Assembly: GCA_037925075.1 (NCBI GenBank)
Contig: JAXSNR010000002.1
Span: 320,001 to 384,000, forward strand
DNA from: Aquificaceae bacterium
Lineage (GTDB): Bacteria; Aquificota; Aquificia; Aquificales; Aquificaceae
Direction: 5' to 3'
Length of the DNA stretch: 64,000 nucleotides
Part shown: one piece after another, positions 9,048 to 18,459 of the stretch
Numbering within the stretch: the first letter of the stretch is position 1
How the letters are laid out: each line of letters opens with the position of its first letter
Notes under the pieces: model-generated
Databases searched by the model: none
What the model saw: only the letters and a program-made list of their open reading frames with translations
Told to the model about the DNA's origin: nothing
Translations under genes and position numbers: made by a program

Positions 9048-9605
9048 ATGGAAAAGAAAATCACCACACCTCTGACCGATGAGGTCCTTGAAAACCTCAG
9101 AGCTGGGGACAAGGTGCTCATCACAGGCTACATATACACCGCAAGAGATGCGGCACACAAGAGGATGGTAGAAGCCTTACACAGAGGTGAGCCTTTACCC
9201 ATTGATGTTAAGGGTCAGATAATCTACTATGTGGGACCCACACCTCCCAAACCCGGGCAGGTAATAGGTTCTGCGGGTCCTACCACCTCCATAAGGATGG
9301 ACAAGTATGTGGAATACCTCTTAAAGCTTGGCCTTAAGGGTATGATAGGAAAGGGCTACAGGTCTCCACAGGTGAGAGAGCTTCTTAAAAAATACAAGGC
9401 GGTTTATTTTGCGGCGGTGGGTGGAGTGGCGGTTTTACTTTCAAAATGTATAAAGTCTTCGGAGGTGGTTGCCTACGAAGACCTTGGCACAGAAGCCATA
9501 AGAAGGCTTTATGTGGAAGACTTTCCTGTTATAGTCGCCAACGACATATACGGTGGGGATGTGTTTGAAGAGGGGAGAAGGAAGTTTGCAAGGATAGACC
9601 TCTAA
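9048..9605 (+). CDS. Fe-S hydro-lyase (fumarate hydratase class I) beta subunit
   Basis: TARDAAHKR, YYVGP, GPTTSIRM, MIGKG, DLGTEAI. Confidence 0.9.
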   Translation: MEKKITTPLTDEVLENLRAGDKVLITGYIYTARDAAHKRMVEALHRGEPLPIDVKGQIIYYVGPTPPKPGQVIGSAGPTTSIRMDKYVEYLLKLGLKGMIGKGYRSPQVRELLKKYKAVYFAAVGGVAVLLSKCIKSSEVVAYEDLGTEAIRRLYVEDFPVIVANDIYGGDVFEEGRRKFARIDL

Positions 9606-10036
9606 TGTGGCAAGAGCTTATAGCCACAGGCTTTTATTTAGGAAGGTTCAAGTACGCACCCGGCACTGTGGGAACACTACTTGGTATTCCTTTGGCGTAC
9701 TTACTTGCTTACAAATGGTGGCTTACGCTTTTCTTGGGGCTTTTGCTTTACATAATTGCGGTTTGGTCTGCCGGCTATATGGTGGAGCTCACAAGGGAAA
9801 AGGACCCAGAAGAGGTGGTGATTGACGAAGTGGTAGGATATTTCCTTTCCTTTCTACTTGTAGAGCCAACTTTGAAAACCTTGGTGGTTGCCTTTATAAT
9901 CTTTAGGATATTGGACATAGTAAAGCCTTATCCCATAAAGCTTTTTGAAAGACTGCCAAAGGGTCATGGTGTGGTGGCGGACGATGCGGTCGCAGGTCTT
10001 ATGAATGCGGTCATATTGTATTTTCTCTTTAGCTAA
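9605..10036 (+). CDS. pgpA: Phosphatidylglycerophosphatase A
   Basis: APGTVGT, DPEEVVIDEVVG, FRILDIVKPYPI, GVVADD. Confidence 0.92.
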   Translation: MWQELIATGFYLGRFKYAPGTVGTLLGIPLAYLLAYKWWLTLFLGLLLYIIAVWSAGYMVELTREKDPEEVVIDEVVGYFLSFLLVEPTLKTLVVAFIIFRILDIVKPYPIKLFERLPKGHGVVADDAVAGLMNAVILYFLFS

Positions 10037-10050
10037 AGATATTTTTCATT

Positions 10051-10923
10051 ATGGACCTATTTGAAAAATTCTTCTCTTCACTGCGTGATTACACGCTGGA
10101 TATCCTTCCCTATTTTATTGTTGCTGTTCTTATAACCTCCTTGCTTCAAGGTTTTACAAGCCTAAGCTGGCTAAGGGCTTTTCTTAAAAAGGGAAAGACC
10201 GCACCCGTATATACGGGCATTCTTGGTGGGCTTTTGCCCCTATGCTCCTGTTCCATGCTTCCTGTCGCAAACCTCATAAACAGTATGTCAAAAAGCTACG
10301 CACCGGTTCTTTCCTTTCTTATTGTGGCTCCTGTAGTATCTCCAATAACGCTTACACTTACCTATGGATATTTTGGAGCTTCCATGACCACCTTTAGACT
10401 TTTTGGTACCCTTTTCTTTGCCATAGCCTTTGCCTATTTGATGGACCTTTTTTTCAAAAAGCCGGGTAGCCTACCCCTTTCTCTGGGTGGTGCAAGCAAA
10501 AATGGGTGGAAGTCCTTTAGCATTTATCTCAAGGATAACCTTTTTGGAATAGGTAAATATCTTTTGCTGGGTATAGTGATCGCCTCTTTGATAAAAACCC
10601 TAATTCCTAAAGATCTTATAAAACCGATAGCTGGTAGTTTCCTTTCATATCCTTTGCTTTCCTTCATATCCGTTCCCATATATGTGTGTTCTGGTGAAGA
10701 GGTTCCTATAGCGAGAGCCATAAGAGATATAGGCTTTAGCTCGGGTGCTTCCCTTACCTTTATGCTTGGTGGCACAGGTATATGCCTGCCCACCATACTT
10801 GCATCTTTTAAGTTTTTACCCAAGGGCTTGGTTGTTGCCTATGCGGTTTTCTGGTTATTCTTTTCTACGATTATGGGTGTTGTTTATGATACACTCCTAT
10901 GGAAAATTTGGTATAATCCTTAA
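10051..10923 (+). CDS. ArsP/DUF318-family permease
   Basis: Two-repeat membrane protein with PLCSCS and PIYVCSGEEVP. Confidence 0.8.
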   Translation: MDLFEKFFSSLRDYTLDILPYFIVAVLITSLLQGFTSLSWLRAFLKKGKTAPVYTGILGGLLPLCSCSMLPVANLINSMSKSYAPVLSFLIVAPVVSPITLTLTYGYFGASMTTFRLFGTLFFAIAFAYLMDLFFKKPGSLPLSLGGASKNGWKSFSIYLKDNLFGIGKYLLLGIVIASLIKTLIPKDLIKPIAGSFLSYPLLSFISVPIYVCSGEEVPIARAIRDIGFSSGASLTFMLGGTGICLPTILASFKFLPKGLVVAYAVFWLFFSTIMGVVYDTLLWKIWYNP

Positions 10924-10936
10924 AAAGGAGGGAAAA

Positions 10937-11290
10937 ATGGATAGGTATACCCAAGTTTTACAAGAACTAATAAGAAACACAGGCCTTGAGGGGGCTTCCC
11001 TCGTGTCTGCGGATGGATTGCCCATAGCGTCTGTTCTCAAGCCTGGTATGGAAGAGGACCGGATAGCAGCCATGAGTGCTGCCATACTATCTTTGGGTGA
11101 GCGGGTTTCTGAAGAGCTTGCAAAGGGTCATCTGGAACAGATAACCATTAAAGGGCATGATGGTTATGTCATTCTTACTGGGGTGGGAAGGGATGCAGTT
11201 ATGGTGGTGCTTGCGGATAACAATGCCAAGCTTGGGCTACTTCTTATGGAAATAAAGAAGGCACAGGATAAACTGAAAGGAATGATATAA
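10937..11290 (+). CDS. Roadblock/LC7 (MglB-like) protein
   Basis: LVSADGLPIAS, DRIAAMSAAILSLGER, KLGL; SD AAGGAGG before ATG 10937. Confidence 0.88.
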   Translation: MDRYTQVLQELIRNTGLEGASLVSADGLPIASVLKPGMEEDRIAAMSAAILSLGERVSEELAKGHLEQITIKGHDGYVILTGVGRDAVMVVLADNNAKLGLLLMEIKKAQDKLKGMI

Positions 11291-11296
11291 AAGGTT

Positions 11297-11989
11297 ATGG
11301 CTTTAACTGGGGACCTAAAGACCTTTAACTTTGTGGATATACTCCAGATAATAGCCAAGGACAGGAAGAGTGGAATACTCTTGGTAGAGTGGGAAGATAT
11401 AACAGTAGCTTATTATGTGAAGGATGGGGAGATAATATTCGCCCGCCCTGTGGATAGGGTTTTTAGGGTATATGCGGAAAGGGACTTTGACCTTCTTTTA
11501 GAAAAGCTTCGCATATCAAAGGAAAACCTTTCCAAGACTGTTCAAAGGTTTCTTCTTGAAAGGCTCAACATAAAGGAGGGGGTGTTTTCCTTCACACCGG
11601 GATTTGTTAGATATAATTCCACCTATTCGGTGGTTTATCCAGTTGAAGACATAATCATGATAGCATCTCGCAATCTTACTCCAGAAGAAGTGGAAAGAAA
11701 GATATCTGATGAGATGATGCTTTTTGAGCCTGCGGATGGTTCTGAAGAAAAGCTGAAAAGGGCAAACTTGACTCCAGAAGAACAAAAGGTGCTTTCTCTC
11801 GTGGACGGTGAGAGGACATTATACGATATAAGAAAAGATTCTGGGCTTGAAAGCCTCATAGTAGACAGAGCTCTGTATGGCTTTCTTGCCCTTGGGGTTA
11901 TAAAGAGGAAAAAGAGAGAAAAGAAACAAAAGCCATCTATAGCCATAGACCTCCTCATGAAGATAATAGAAAGGATAAGGGAGTTGTGA
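11297..11989 (+). CDS. DUF4388 (PATAN-like) domain protein with C-terminal wHTH-like region
   Basis: MALTGDLKTFNFVDILQII...KSGIL...YVKDGEIIFA...EGVFSF; LSLVDGERT. Confidence 0.75.
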   Translation: MALTGDLKTFNFVDILQIIAKDRKSGILLVEWEDITVAYYVKDGEIIFARPVDRVFRVYAERDFDLLLEKLRISKENLSKTVQRFLLERLNIKEGVFSFTPGFVRYNSTYSVVYPVEDIIMIASRNLTPEEVERKISDEMMLFEPADGSEEKLKRANLTPEEQKVLSLVDGERTLYDIRKDSGLESLIVDRALYGFLALGVIKRKKREKKQKPSIAIDLLMKIIERIREL

Positions 11990-12537
11990 TGAAGGCTATA
12001 AAGAAGATTAAAATAGTAATCGCTGGACCATTTGCAGCTGGGAAGACACAGTTTATAAACACAGTTAGCGATATTAAAACGGTCAGAACAGAAAGAAGAA
12101 CTCAAGCTTTAGGAGAGAAAAGTGTAAAGGATTACACCACCGTCGCTATGGATTTTGGTAAGATTCGTATAGATGACGAGCACGAACTGTACCTTTTTGG
12201 TACACCCGGTCAATCAAGGTTTGACTTTATGTGGGAGATCTTGGGAGAAGGTGCTCTTGGAATAATAATACTGGTGGACACCACAGACCCTTCCACCTTT
12301 CATGAGGCAAGAAGGATAATAAACTTCTTCCAGTCTCGTTTCCCAGTTCCCATGGTGGTGGGTGCCAACAAGCAGGACCTACCAAACGCATGGCCTCCGG
12401 AAGATGTGGCTTCTGCCCTTGATATAAGTGAAGATGAGGGCATACCCGTACTTCCTCTTTCTGCACTTGACAAGGAGAGCGTCAAGACGGTACTACTTGC
12501 ACTGCTTGAAATAATAAAGCAAGAGCTATCCACTTAA
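11989..12537 (+). CDS. Small Ras-like GTPase (MglA/CvnD-like)
   Basis: G1 GPFAAGKT, TTVAMDFG, G3 GTPGQ, G4 NKQD, G5 SA. Confidence 0.88.
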   Translation: MKAIKKIKIVIAGPFAAGKTQFINTVSDIKTVRTERRTQALGEKSVKDYTTVAMDFGKIRIDDEHELYLFGTPGQSRFDFMWEILGEGALGIIILVDTTDPSTFHEARRIINFFQSRFPVPMVVGANKQDLPNAWPPEDVASALDISEDEGIPVLPLSALDKESVKTVLLALLEIIKQELST

Positions 12538-13556
12538 GGAAACACGGTAAGCTCCTTTAGCGTTAAAGCCTCTTCAAAGCCCATCATAAGGTTGAAGTTC
12601 TGCACCGCCTGCGAAGAGGCACCTTTACCTAAGTTGTCTATAACGCTTATAATCTCAAGGATGGAGGTATCTTTTTGATAGTTTAGGTACAACAGGCAAA
12701 GGTTTGTTCCAATCACATGCTTGATATGTGGGGGTTCCTCACAAAGGAGTACAAAGGGCTCTTCCCTGTAAGTTTCTCTGTACAGACTTACAAAGTCTAA
12801 CTCTTTGCACCTTGTGTAAACCTTTACCATCATTCCTCGCGCTATGGGGATCACCTGTGGTGTAAACCTTATCTTAAGACTACTTCCATAAACCTTTTGA
12901 AGTATGTATTCCATCTCTGGTGTATGTCTGTGCTTGTCTACGGAGTATGCAAAGGCATCTCCTTCCATCTCTGGGTAATGAAACTTCTGGCTTGTTTTCC
13001 TGCCCGCACCGGAGACTCCAGAAAGGGCATCAACTATGATAAAGTCCATTTGAACACCTTCTTTGAGAAGAGGATACAAAGCCAAAAGGGTCGCTGTAGG
13101 ATAGCATCCCGGGTTTGCTACAAGATGGGCATTTTTTATATCACTTCTAAATATCTCCGGTAGTCCATAAACCGCTTTTTCTAATAGTTCTGGATGCGTG
13201 TGTTCAAAACCGTAATAGTTTGGATATGCTGACGCATCATCTATTCTGTAAGCACCAGAAAGGTCTATAACCTTCTTGCCCTTTTTTAAAAGCTCTGGCA
13301 CAAGCTCTAAAGATGTCTCGTGGGGAAGGCAAAGAAAAGCAACATCAAAGTCCTCTTCTGGTTCAGTAGTAAGAATTAAAGAACCCAAAGGTGTTGACAA
13401 GAAAAAGGGAAAAACCTCAGAGAGCCTTTTACCTGCGTAAGATTGGGATGTTAAGGAAACTACCCTAACATGGTTATGTCTGTGAAGTATTCTTAGGAGT
13501 TCAACTCCCGTGTATCCTGTAGCACCAAATACGCATACCCTTATCTCTTGCTCCAT
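12534..13556 (-). CDS. argC: N-acetyl-gamma-glutamyl-phosphate reductase
   Basis: GATGYTG, DLSGAYR, ANPGCYPT, SGVSGAG, DNLGKGAS. Confidence 0.95.
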   Translation of the reverse strand: MEQEIRVCVFGATGYTGVELLRILHRHNHVRVVSLTSQSYAGKRLSEVFPFFLSTPLGSLILTTEPEEDFDVAFLCLPHETSLELVPELLKKGKKVIDLSGAYRIDDASAYPNYYGFEHTHPELLEKAVYGLPEIFRSDIKNAHLVANPGCYPTATLLALYPLLKEGVQMDFIIVDALSGVSGAGRKTSQKFHYPEMEGDAFAYSVDKHRHTPEMEYILQKVYGSSLKIRFTPQVIPIARGMMVKVYTRCKELDFVSLYRETYREEPFVLLCEEPPHIKHVIGTNLCLLYLNYQKDTSILEIISVIDNLGKGASSQAVQNFNLMMGFEEALTLKELTVFP

Positions 13557-13981
13557 CTGTACGCTTTTCTTGCCTTCATGAGACCGTATTTCTTCCTTTC
13601 CTTTTCCCTTGCGTCTCTCTTGAGAAGGCCCGCCTTCTTGAGGTTTGTTCTCAGGTCAGGGTTGTACTTTAAAAGAGCCTTTGCAATCCCGTACATTATA
13701 GCCTCAGCCTGACCACCAATACCTCCACCGTTTACTGTGGCATATATGCCAAACCTTCCATCAAGACCTACAAGTTTGAGAGGGTGCAAAACTTTGTGAT
13801 AAAGGGTTTCCCTTTGTAGGTAGTCCTTTAATGGGTATTCCTTTCCGCTTTCTTTGACTTTTACAATTTGTTTGTCCGTCCCTTTTACAAGCCACACCCT
13901 TGCCACGCTTTCCTTTCTTCTACCTGTGCCGTAAAAGGAGTTGTCAAAGCCTATTTTGAAATCCTTTAGCTTTAGACTCAT
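13541..13981 (-). CDS. rpsI: 30S ribosomal protein S9
   Basis: [26 protein letters not shown], ends WSKR. Confidence 0.97.
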   Translation of the reverse strand: MSLKLKDFKIGFDNSFYGTGRRKESVARVWLVKGTDKQIVKVKESGKEYPLKDYLQRETLYHKVLHPLKLVGLDGRFGIYATVNGGGIGGQAEAIMYGIAKALLKYNPDLRTNLKKAGLLKRDAREKERKKYGLMKARKAYRWSKR

Positions 13982-14412
13982 GCTTCAACCTCCAGCACTT
14001 TATGTTGTTGAGCTGTATGGGGATGACTAGAGCTTGTGTAGACCTTTAGCCTCTTTAACATTCTATGTCCCAGCCTGTTCTTTGGAAGCATCCTTTTGAC
14101 CGCAAGTCTTATAACTTCTTCGGGTTTGTTTTCAAGCATCCATGCAAGGCTTCTCTCCTTAAGACCGCCGGGATAGTTGCTATGGAAGTAGTATTTTTTC
14201 TGCTCACTTTTTTTACCAGTGGCCAATACCTTGTCTGCGTTCAGAACTATCACAAAGTCCCCACAATCTACATCTGGTTGGTAGTAAGGCTTGTGCTTCC
14301 CCATCAAAATCCTTGCTATCTGAGAAGCAAGCCTGCCCAAGACCTTCCCTTGAGCGTCCACAACCCACCAGCTTCTTATCACATCCTCTTTCCTAACATG
14401 GTAGGTCTTCAT
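13978..14412 (-). CDS. rplM: 50S ribosomal protein L13
   Basis: WWVVDA, LGRLAS, GKHKP, YPGGLK, AVKRMLP. Confidence 0.97.
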   Translation of the reverse strand: MKTYHVRKEDVIRSWWVVDAQGKVLGRLASQIARILMGKHKPYYQPDVDCGDFVIVLNADKVLATGKKSEQKKYYFHSNYPGGLKERSLAWMLENKPEEVIRLAVKRMLPKNRLGHRMLKRLKVYTSSSHPHTAQQHKVLEVEA

Positions 14413-14460
14413 CCTTCTTCTCCTTTAAGGGCTTTTAAGAGTTATAAATTATAACACAAA

Positions 14461-14883
14461 TCACCTCTCCGCTTGCAACTTGTACCCACCTTCCATCCAA
14501 CCCTCCGGGTAATACCAATCCCTAAAAAACCTGTAGCCGAGGGCTTTTAGCTTTGAGCCAAGTCTTGTATTCTGTGGTTCTCTCCCTTCCTTTAACTCTC
14601 TCAGGGTATGAGCGTCCTCGTAGTATTCCACAAAAATCCTTCTAAAGTGTTTTGCAAGTATACCATAGAGATCATCCTCAAAAGGTGAGCCAAAAAACTC
14701 TGGGCTTATGTGGAAAAGCTCCACCCATTCTTTCCAGTAGGGTTTCCTGCCGTAGAAGGCTTTTATAAAAAGTAGCCTTTTTCCATATTTTCCTATGGTT
14801 ATGTTTTCCTCCTCTACGAACCTTCCCTCTTCAACCTTTAGAATTTCGAAGTGTCTGCGGAGTTCTTCCTTAAAAGCGACCAT
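14461..14883 (-). CDS. DUF1122-family protein
   Basis: FYGRKPYWKEWVE, IFVEY, RDWYYPEGWMEGGYKLQA. Confidence 0.7.
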   Translation of the reverse strand: MVAFKEELRRHFEILKVEEGRFVEEENITIGKYGKRLLFIKAFYGRKPYWKEWVELFHISPEFFGSPFEDDLYGILAKHFRRIFVEYYEDAHTLRELKEGREPQNTRLGSKLKALGYRFFRDWYYPEGWMEGGYKLQAER

Positions 14884-14902
14884 GAATTATAATTATAGGA
14901 TT

Positions 14903-15268
14903 ATGCACCATCTAACTCCAAAGCAGATTGCGGAGCTAAGGGACGACCTTCTTAGGATGAGGGAGAGGATAATAAAGTATGCGGAAGAACAGATAAAGGA
15001 CCCATCAAACGTTTCCTTCGAAGGTGGTGATGAGATAGATAGGGCAAACATAGAAACAGGAAGGTACATTAACTTACAAAGAGTTAAGACAAGAGAACTG
15101 AAGCTACTGCGTAAAATAGATTATGCACTTATGAAGCTGGAACAAGGCACTTATGGCATATGTGAGAGCTGTGGAGCACCTATACCCTTTGAAAGACTTA
15201 AGGCGAGGCCGGTAACCACCATGTGTATAAACTGCAAAGAGCTTGAAGAGGAAAGGGAACATGAGTGA
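14903..15268 (+). CDS. dksA: DksA/TraR C4 zinc-finger RNA polymerase-binding protein
   Basis: DEIDRA coiled-coil tip, YGICESCG...RLKARP...CINC; start ATG 14903. Confidence 0.88.
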   Translation: MHHLTPKQIAELRDDLLRMRERIIKYAEEQIKDPSNVSFEGGDEIDRANIETGRYINLQRVKTRELKLLRKIDYALMKLEQGTYGICESCGAPIPFERLKARPVTTMCINCKELEEEREHE

Positions 15269-16472
15269 AAGCTGGATGTTTCCAAGAGTGAGCAAGCTTC
15301 CCAAGTACGTTTTTGCTATGGTGAACGAGCTAAAGTACAAGCTAAGGCGAGAGGGAGAGGATATTGTGGACCTTGGTATGGGAAATCCAGACCTTCCTCC
15401 TGCGGATCATATAATGGAAAAGCTCTGCGAGGTAGCAAGAAGGGACAACGTGCATGGCTATTCTGCCTCAAAGGGTATTCCAAGGCTTAGAAAAGCCATA
15501 TGCGACTTTTATAGAAGAAGGTACGGAGTAGAGCTTGATCCAGAAAGAGAAGCCCTACTTACCATAGGGGCAAAGGAAGGCTACTCTCACCTTATGCTTG
15601 CCATGCTTGAGCCGGGCGATACAGTCCTCGTTTCCAACCCCACCTATCCCATACACTACTATGCCCCCATAATAGCCGGAGGTGATGCCATATCCGTTCC
15701 CATAATCCCCGACGAGGGAGAAGACTTTGAAGAAAGCTTTCTTAAAAAGGTTCATGATACGCTTAGAGCTTCCTTTAGAAAGCCAAAAGCCATAGTTCTT
15801 AGTTTTCCCCACAATCCTACCACTTTTTGTGTGAGCCTTGAATTTTTCAGAGAAATGGTAAAGTTGGCAAGAAGAGAAGAGGTGTGGATAGTTCATGACT
15901 TTGCCTATGCGGACCTTGGCTTTGATGGATATGAGCCTCCCAGCATATTGCAGGTAGAAGGTGCAAAGGGGGTGGCTGTGGAGCTATACTCCATGTCAAA
16001 GGGCTTTTCTATGGCAGGTTGGCGAGTAGCCTTTATGGTGGGCAACGAAGTGCTAATCAGAAACCTTGCACACCTTAAAAGCTACCTTGATTATGGAGTT
16101 TTCACTCCCATTCAGGTTGCCTCCATAATAGCCCTTGAAAGTCCCTATGAGATAGTGGAGAAAAACAGAGAAATATACAGAAAAAGAAGGGATGTGTTGG
16201 TGGAAGGGCTAAACCGTGTGGGATGGCATGTGGAAAAGCCTAAGGGAAGCATGTTTGTATGGGCAAAAATTCCTTCTTGGGTAGGTATGAACTCCTTGGA
16301 CTTTTCTCTCTTTCTTCTGAGAGAGGCAAAAGTGGCAGTTTCTCCGGGCATAGGCTTTGGTGAGTACGGAGAAGGTTATGTAAGGTTTGCCCTTGTGGAG
16401 AACGAACATAGAATAAGACAGGCGATAAGAGGTATAAAGAAGGCTTTTGAAAAGTTAGCACAAAGGGTATGA
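15261..16472 (+). CDS. Class I/II PLP aminotransferase (AlaC-like)
   Basis: [36 protein letters not shown]. Confidence 0.88.
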   Translation: MSESWMFPRVSKLPKYVFAMVNELKYKLRREGEDIVDLGMGNPDLPPADHIMEKLCEVARRDNVHGYSASKGIPRLRKAICDFYRRRYGVELDPEREALLTIGAKEGYSHLMLAMLEPGDTVLVSNPTYPIHYYAPIIAGGDAISVPIIPDEGEDFEESFLKKVHDTLRASFRKPKAIVLSFPHNPTTFCVSLEFFREMVKLARREEVWIVHDFAYADLGFDGYEPPSILQVEGAKGVAVELYSMSKGFSMAGWRVAFMVGNEVLIRNLAHLKSYLDYGVFTPIQVASIIALESPYEIVEKNREIYRKRRDVLVEGLNRVGWHVEKPKGSMFVWAKIPSWVGMNSLDFSLFLLREAKVAVSPGIGFGEYGEGYVRFALVENEHRIRQAIRGIKKAFEKLAQRV

Positions 16473-16780
16473 AAGCTAAAGCGGAGGATATAACACAAAA
16501 GGTTGTTGACCTTTTAAAACAGGATCTAAACCCTCAAAGGATAATTCTCTTTGGTTCAAGAGCAAAAGGCACAGCAAAGCCCTACTCAGACATTGACATA
16601 GCCATAGAGGGTGGAAAAGCCCTTGACCACAGAGAGAGGAGAAAGTTAAAGGAAAAGATTGAAGAAATCAGTGGTATATACACGGTGGATTTGATTTTTC
16701 TTGACCTTGTGGAAAAGGACTTTGCGGAGCTTGTTAAAAAAACGGGTAAGGTTCTGTATGAAAAGGGAAGAAGTTCTTAG
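16469..16780 (+). CDS. Minimal nucleotidyltransferase (MNT antitoxin)
   Basis: [21 protein letters not shown]. Confidence 0.85.
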   Translation: MKAKAEDITQKVVDLLKQDLNPQRIILFGSRAKGTAKPYSDIDIAIEGGKALDHRERRKLKEKIEEISGIYTVDLIFLDLVEKDFAELVKKTGKVLYEKGRSS

Positions 16781-17147
16781 GTCTTATGAAAAGCTGAGTA
16801 AAGCCTTTGAAACTTTAAGGGAAGCTACAGAAAAGGCAAAAACTTCCCTTGAAATAGACGGTGCATTGCAAAGGTTTGAATACACCTTTGAAGTTTTTTG
16901 GAAATTTTTAAAAATTCTTTTGGAATATCATGGCTTTGAGTGTAAAAGCCCAAGAAGTTGTATAAAAATTGCCTTTAAAATAGGTTTCCTTGGAGATGAG
17001 GAGCAGTTTTTAGATATGCTTGAAGACAGAAATCTTACCTCTCACATATACGGCGAAGAAGAGAGTAGAAAAGTTTTTGAAAGGATAAAGAAGGTGTATG
17101 TTAAGGTTCTTGAAGAGTTTATAAGAAAAATAGAAAATTCCCTTTAA
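16758..17147 (+). CDS. HEPN toxin (HI0074 family)
   Basis: LQRFEYTFEVFWK, SPRSC, RNLTSHIY; ATG 16758. Confidence 0.85.
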   Translation: MKREEVLRSYEKLSKAFETLREATEKAKTSLEIDGALQRFEYTFEVFWKFLKILLEYHGFECKSPRSCIKIAFKIGFLGDEEQFLDMLEDRNLTSHIYGEEESRKVFERIKKVYVKVLEEFIRKIENSL

Positions 17148-17785
17148 GCCTTTGCCACAAAATAGGCATGTACCTCTTCCGTCCCCACGGACATAAGAAG
17201 GTAGGCAAGCCTTCCTATGGTTGAGCCTGTGGTAAGAAGGTCATCCACCACAAGCACCCTTTTGCCTTCAAGAAAATCCACAAGGTCTTCCTTTAACCTG
17301 TACCCCGAGATGGCCTTTTGCCTTTTTTCCGCCTTCAACATGGCAAGGGGTGGGCTAAGGTCTCTTCTCTGGAAAACCTGCATATAGGACACATCGGCAC
17401 CTTTTAGTATGTACTCCACATGATTAAAGCCCCTGTTCCACAACCTTCTTAGGTTCAAAGGAGGAAAGGTTATAAGGTCTGGCTTAAGCTCTTTTATGTA
17501 TTCCCATAGGTGTTCTTTGATAGTCATGCCAAGGTACAAAGCAAGGTTTTTGGAGTTTTTGAATTTTATGCTATGAATTACTTCCTTGAGAGCCCCTTCG
17601 TAGGTACCAAAAGCCCTGTAAGAAGCCACATACTCCAACCTTTTTGAGTAGTCCATGGGATGGTAGGGTTTTATGGATTCAAGGCACTTATTACACAAAA
17701 AGCCCTGAGAAGAACCCGTAAAGGCTTTTCCACAAGAGAGGCATTCTTCAGAGGATAAACCAAACCTCTGCAATAACCCTATCAC
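17144..17785 (-). CDS. comF: ComF-family phosphoribosyltransferase-like protein
   Basis: N-terminal CxxC..CxxC, RGFNH, VVDDLLTTGST. Confidence 0.85.
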   Translation of the reverse strand: MIGLLQRFGLSSEECLSCGKAFTGSSQGFLCNKCLESIKPYHPMDYSKRLEYVASYRAFGTYEGALKEVIHSIKFKNSKNLALYLGMTIKEHLWEYIKELKPDLITFPPLNLRRLWNRGFNHVEYILKGADVSYMQVFQRRDLSPPLAMLKAEKRQKAISGYRLKEDLVDFLEGKRVLVVDDLLTTGSTIGRLAYLLMSVGTEEVHAYFVAKA

Positions 17786-18459
17786 ATATAGCCCTCCCTT
17801 CTGAGGGATACATACCCTTTTTTGCTTACTATAAGATGGTCAAGAAGTTCAAAGCCCATAAGCTGGCAAGCCTCTTTGAACCTTTTTGTAAAGTCTATGT
17901 CTTCTTTTGAAGGCTTTGGCTCACCTTGTGGATGGTTGTGGGCTATAAGGATAGAGTGGGATGCGGTGTTTATGGCATGGTAGAGAATCTCCTTTGGCTC
18001 CGCATGTAGGGCGTTCATCCTGCCTATGGCTATGACCTCATGGGTTATTAGCTTGTTGGTGGGTGAAAGGTAAAGGGCTATAAGGTGTTCCCGCCTTTCA
18101 TCCACCATGTTCTTTAAGAACCTGTATGCATCCTCTGGGTTGTTTATAAAAATACCTTCATAAGGGTCGCTTATCCTCTTTGCAAGCTCTATTATTGCCT
18201 TTATCTGACATGCCTTCGCCTCCCCTATACCCTTAAAGCTTTTAATCACATCTTCTGCGGTCATTTTGCTGAGCCTCTCCCACCCCATTTTTATTATTTC
18301 ACTGGAAAGATTAAGCACATCCATATCCCTTGTGCCAGACCCAAGTATAAGGGCTAAGAGCTCCTCCTCTGTTAAGCTCTCAGCCCCCATCTTGAGCATC
18401 TTTTCTCTCGGCTTTAGGTCTTCTGGTAGTTCCCTTAGACTCCTAACCTTCTTATACAT
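17782..18459 (-). CDS. radC: RadC/JAB (UPF0758) protein
   Basis: PREKM, EELLALILGSG, GIGEAKA, HNHPQG, LLDHLI. Confidence 0.9.
   Translation of the reverse strand: MYKKVRSLRELPEDLKPREKMLKMGAESLTEEELLALILGSGTRDMDVLNLSSEIIKMGWERLSKMTAEDVIKSFKGIGEAKACQIKAIIELAKRISDPYEGIFINNPEDAYRFLKNMVDERREHLIALYLSPTNKLITHEVIAIGRMNALHAEPKEILYHAINTASHSILIAHNHPQGEPKPSKEDIDFTKRFKEACQLMGFELLDHLIVSKKGYVSLRREGYM

Noticed and set aside
17144..18459. radC-comF as a mobile or defence island
   Set aside because: This is a full-length chromosomal-type RadC inside a housekeeping operon, with no integrase or att sites.
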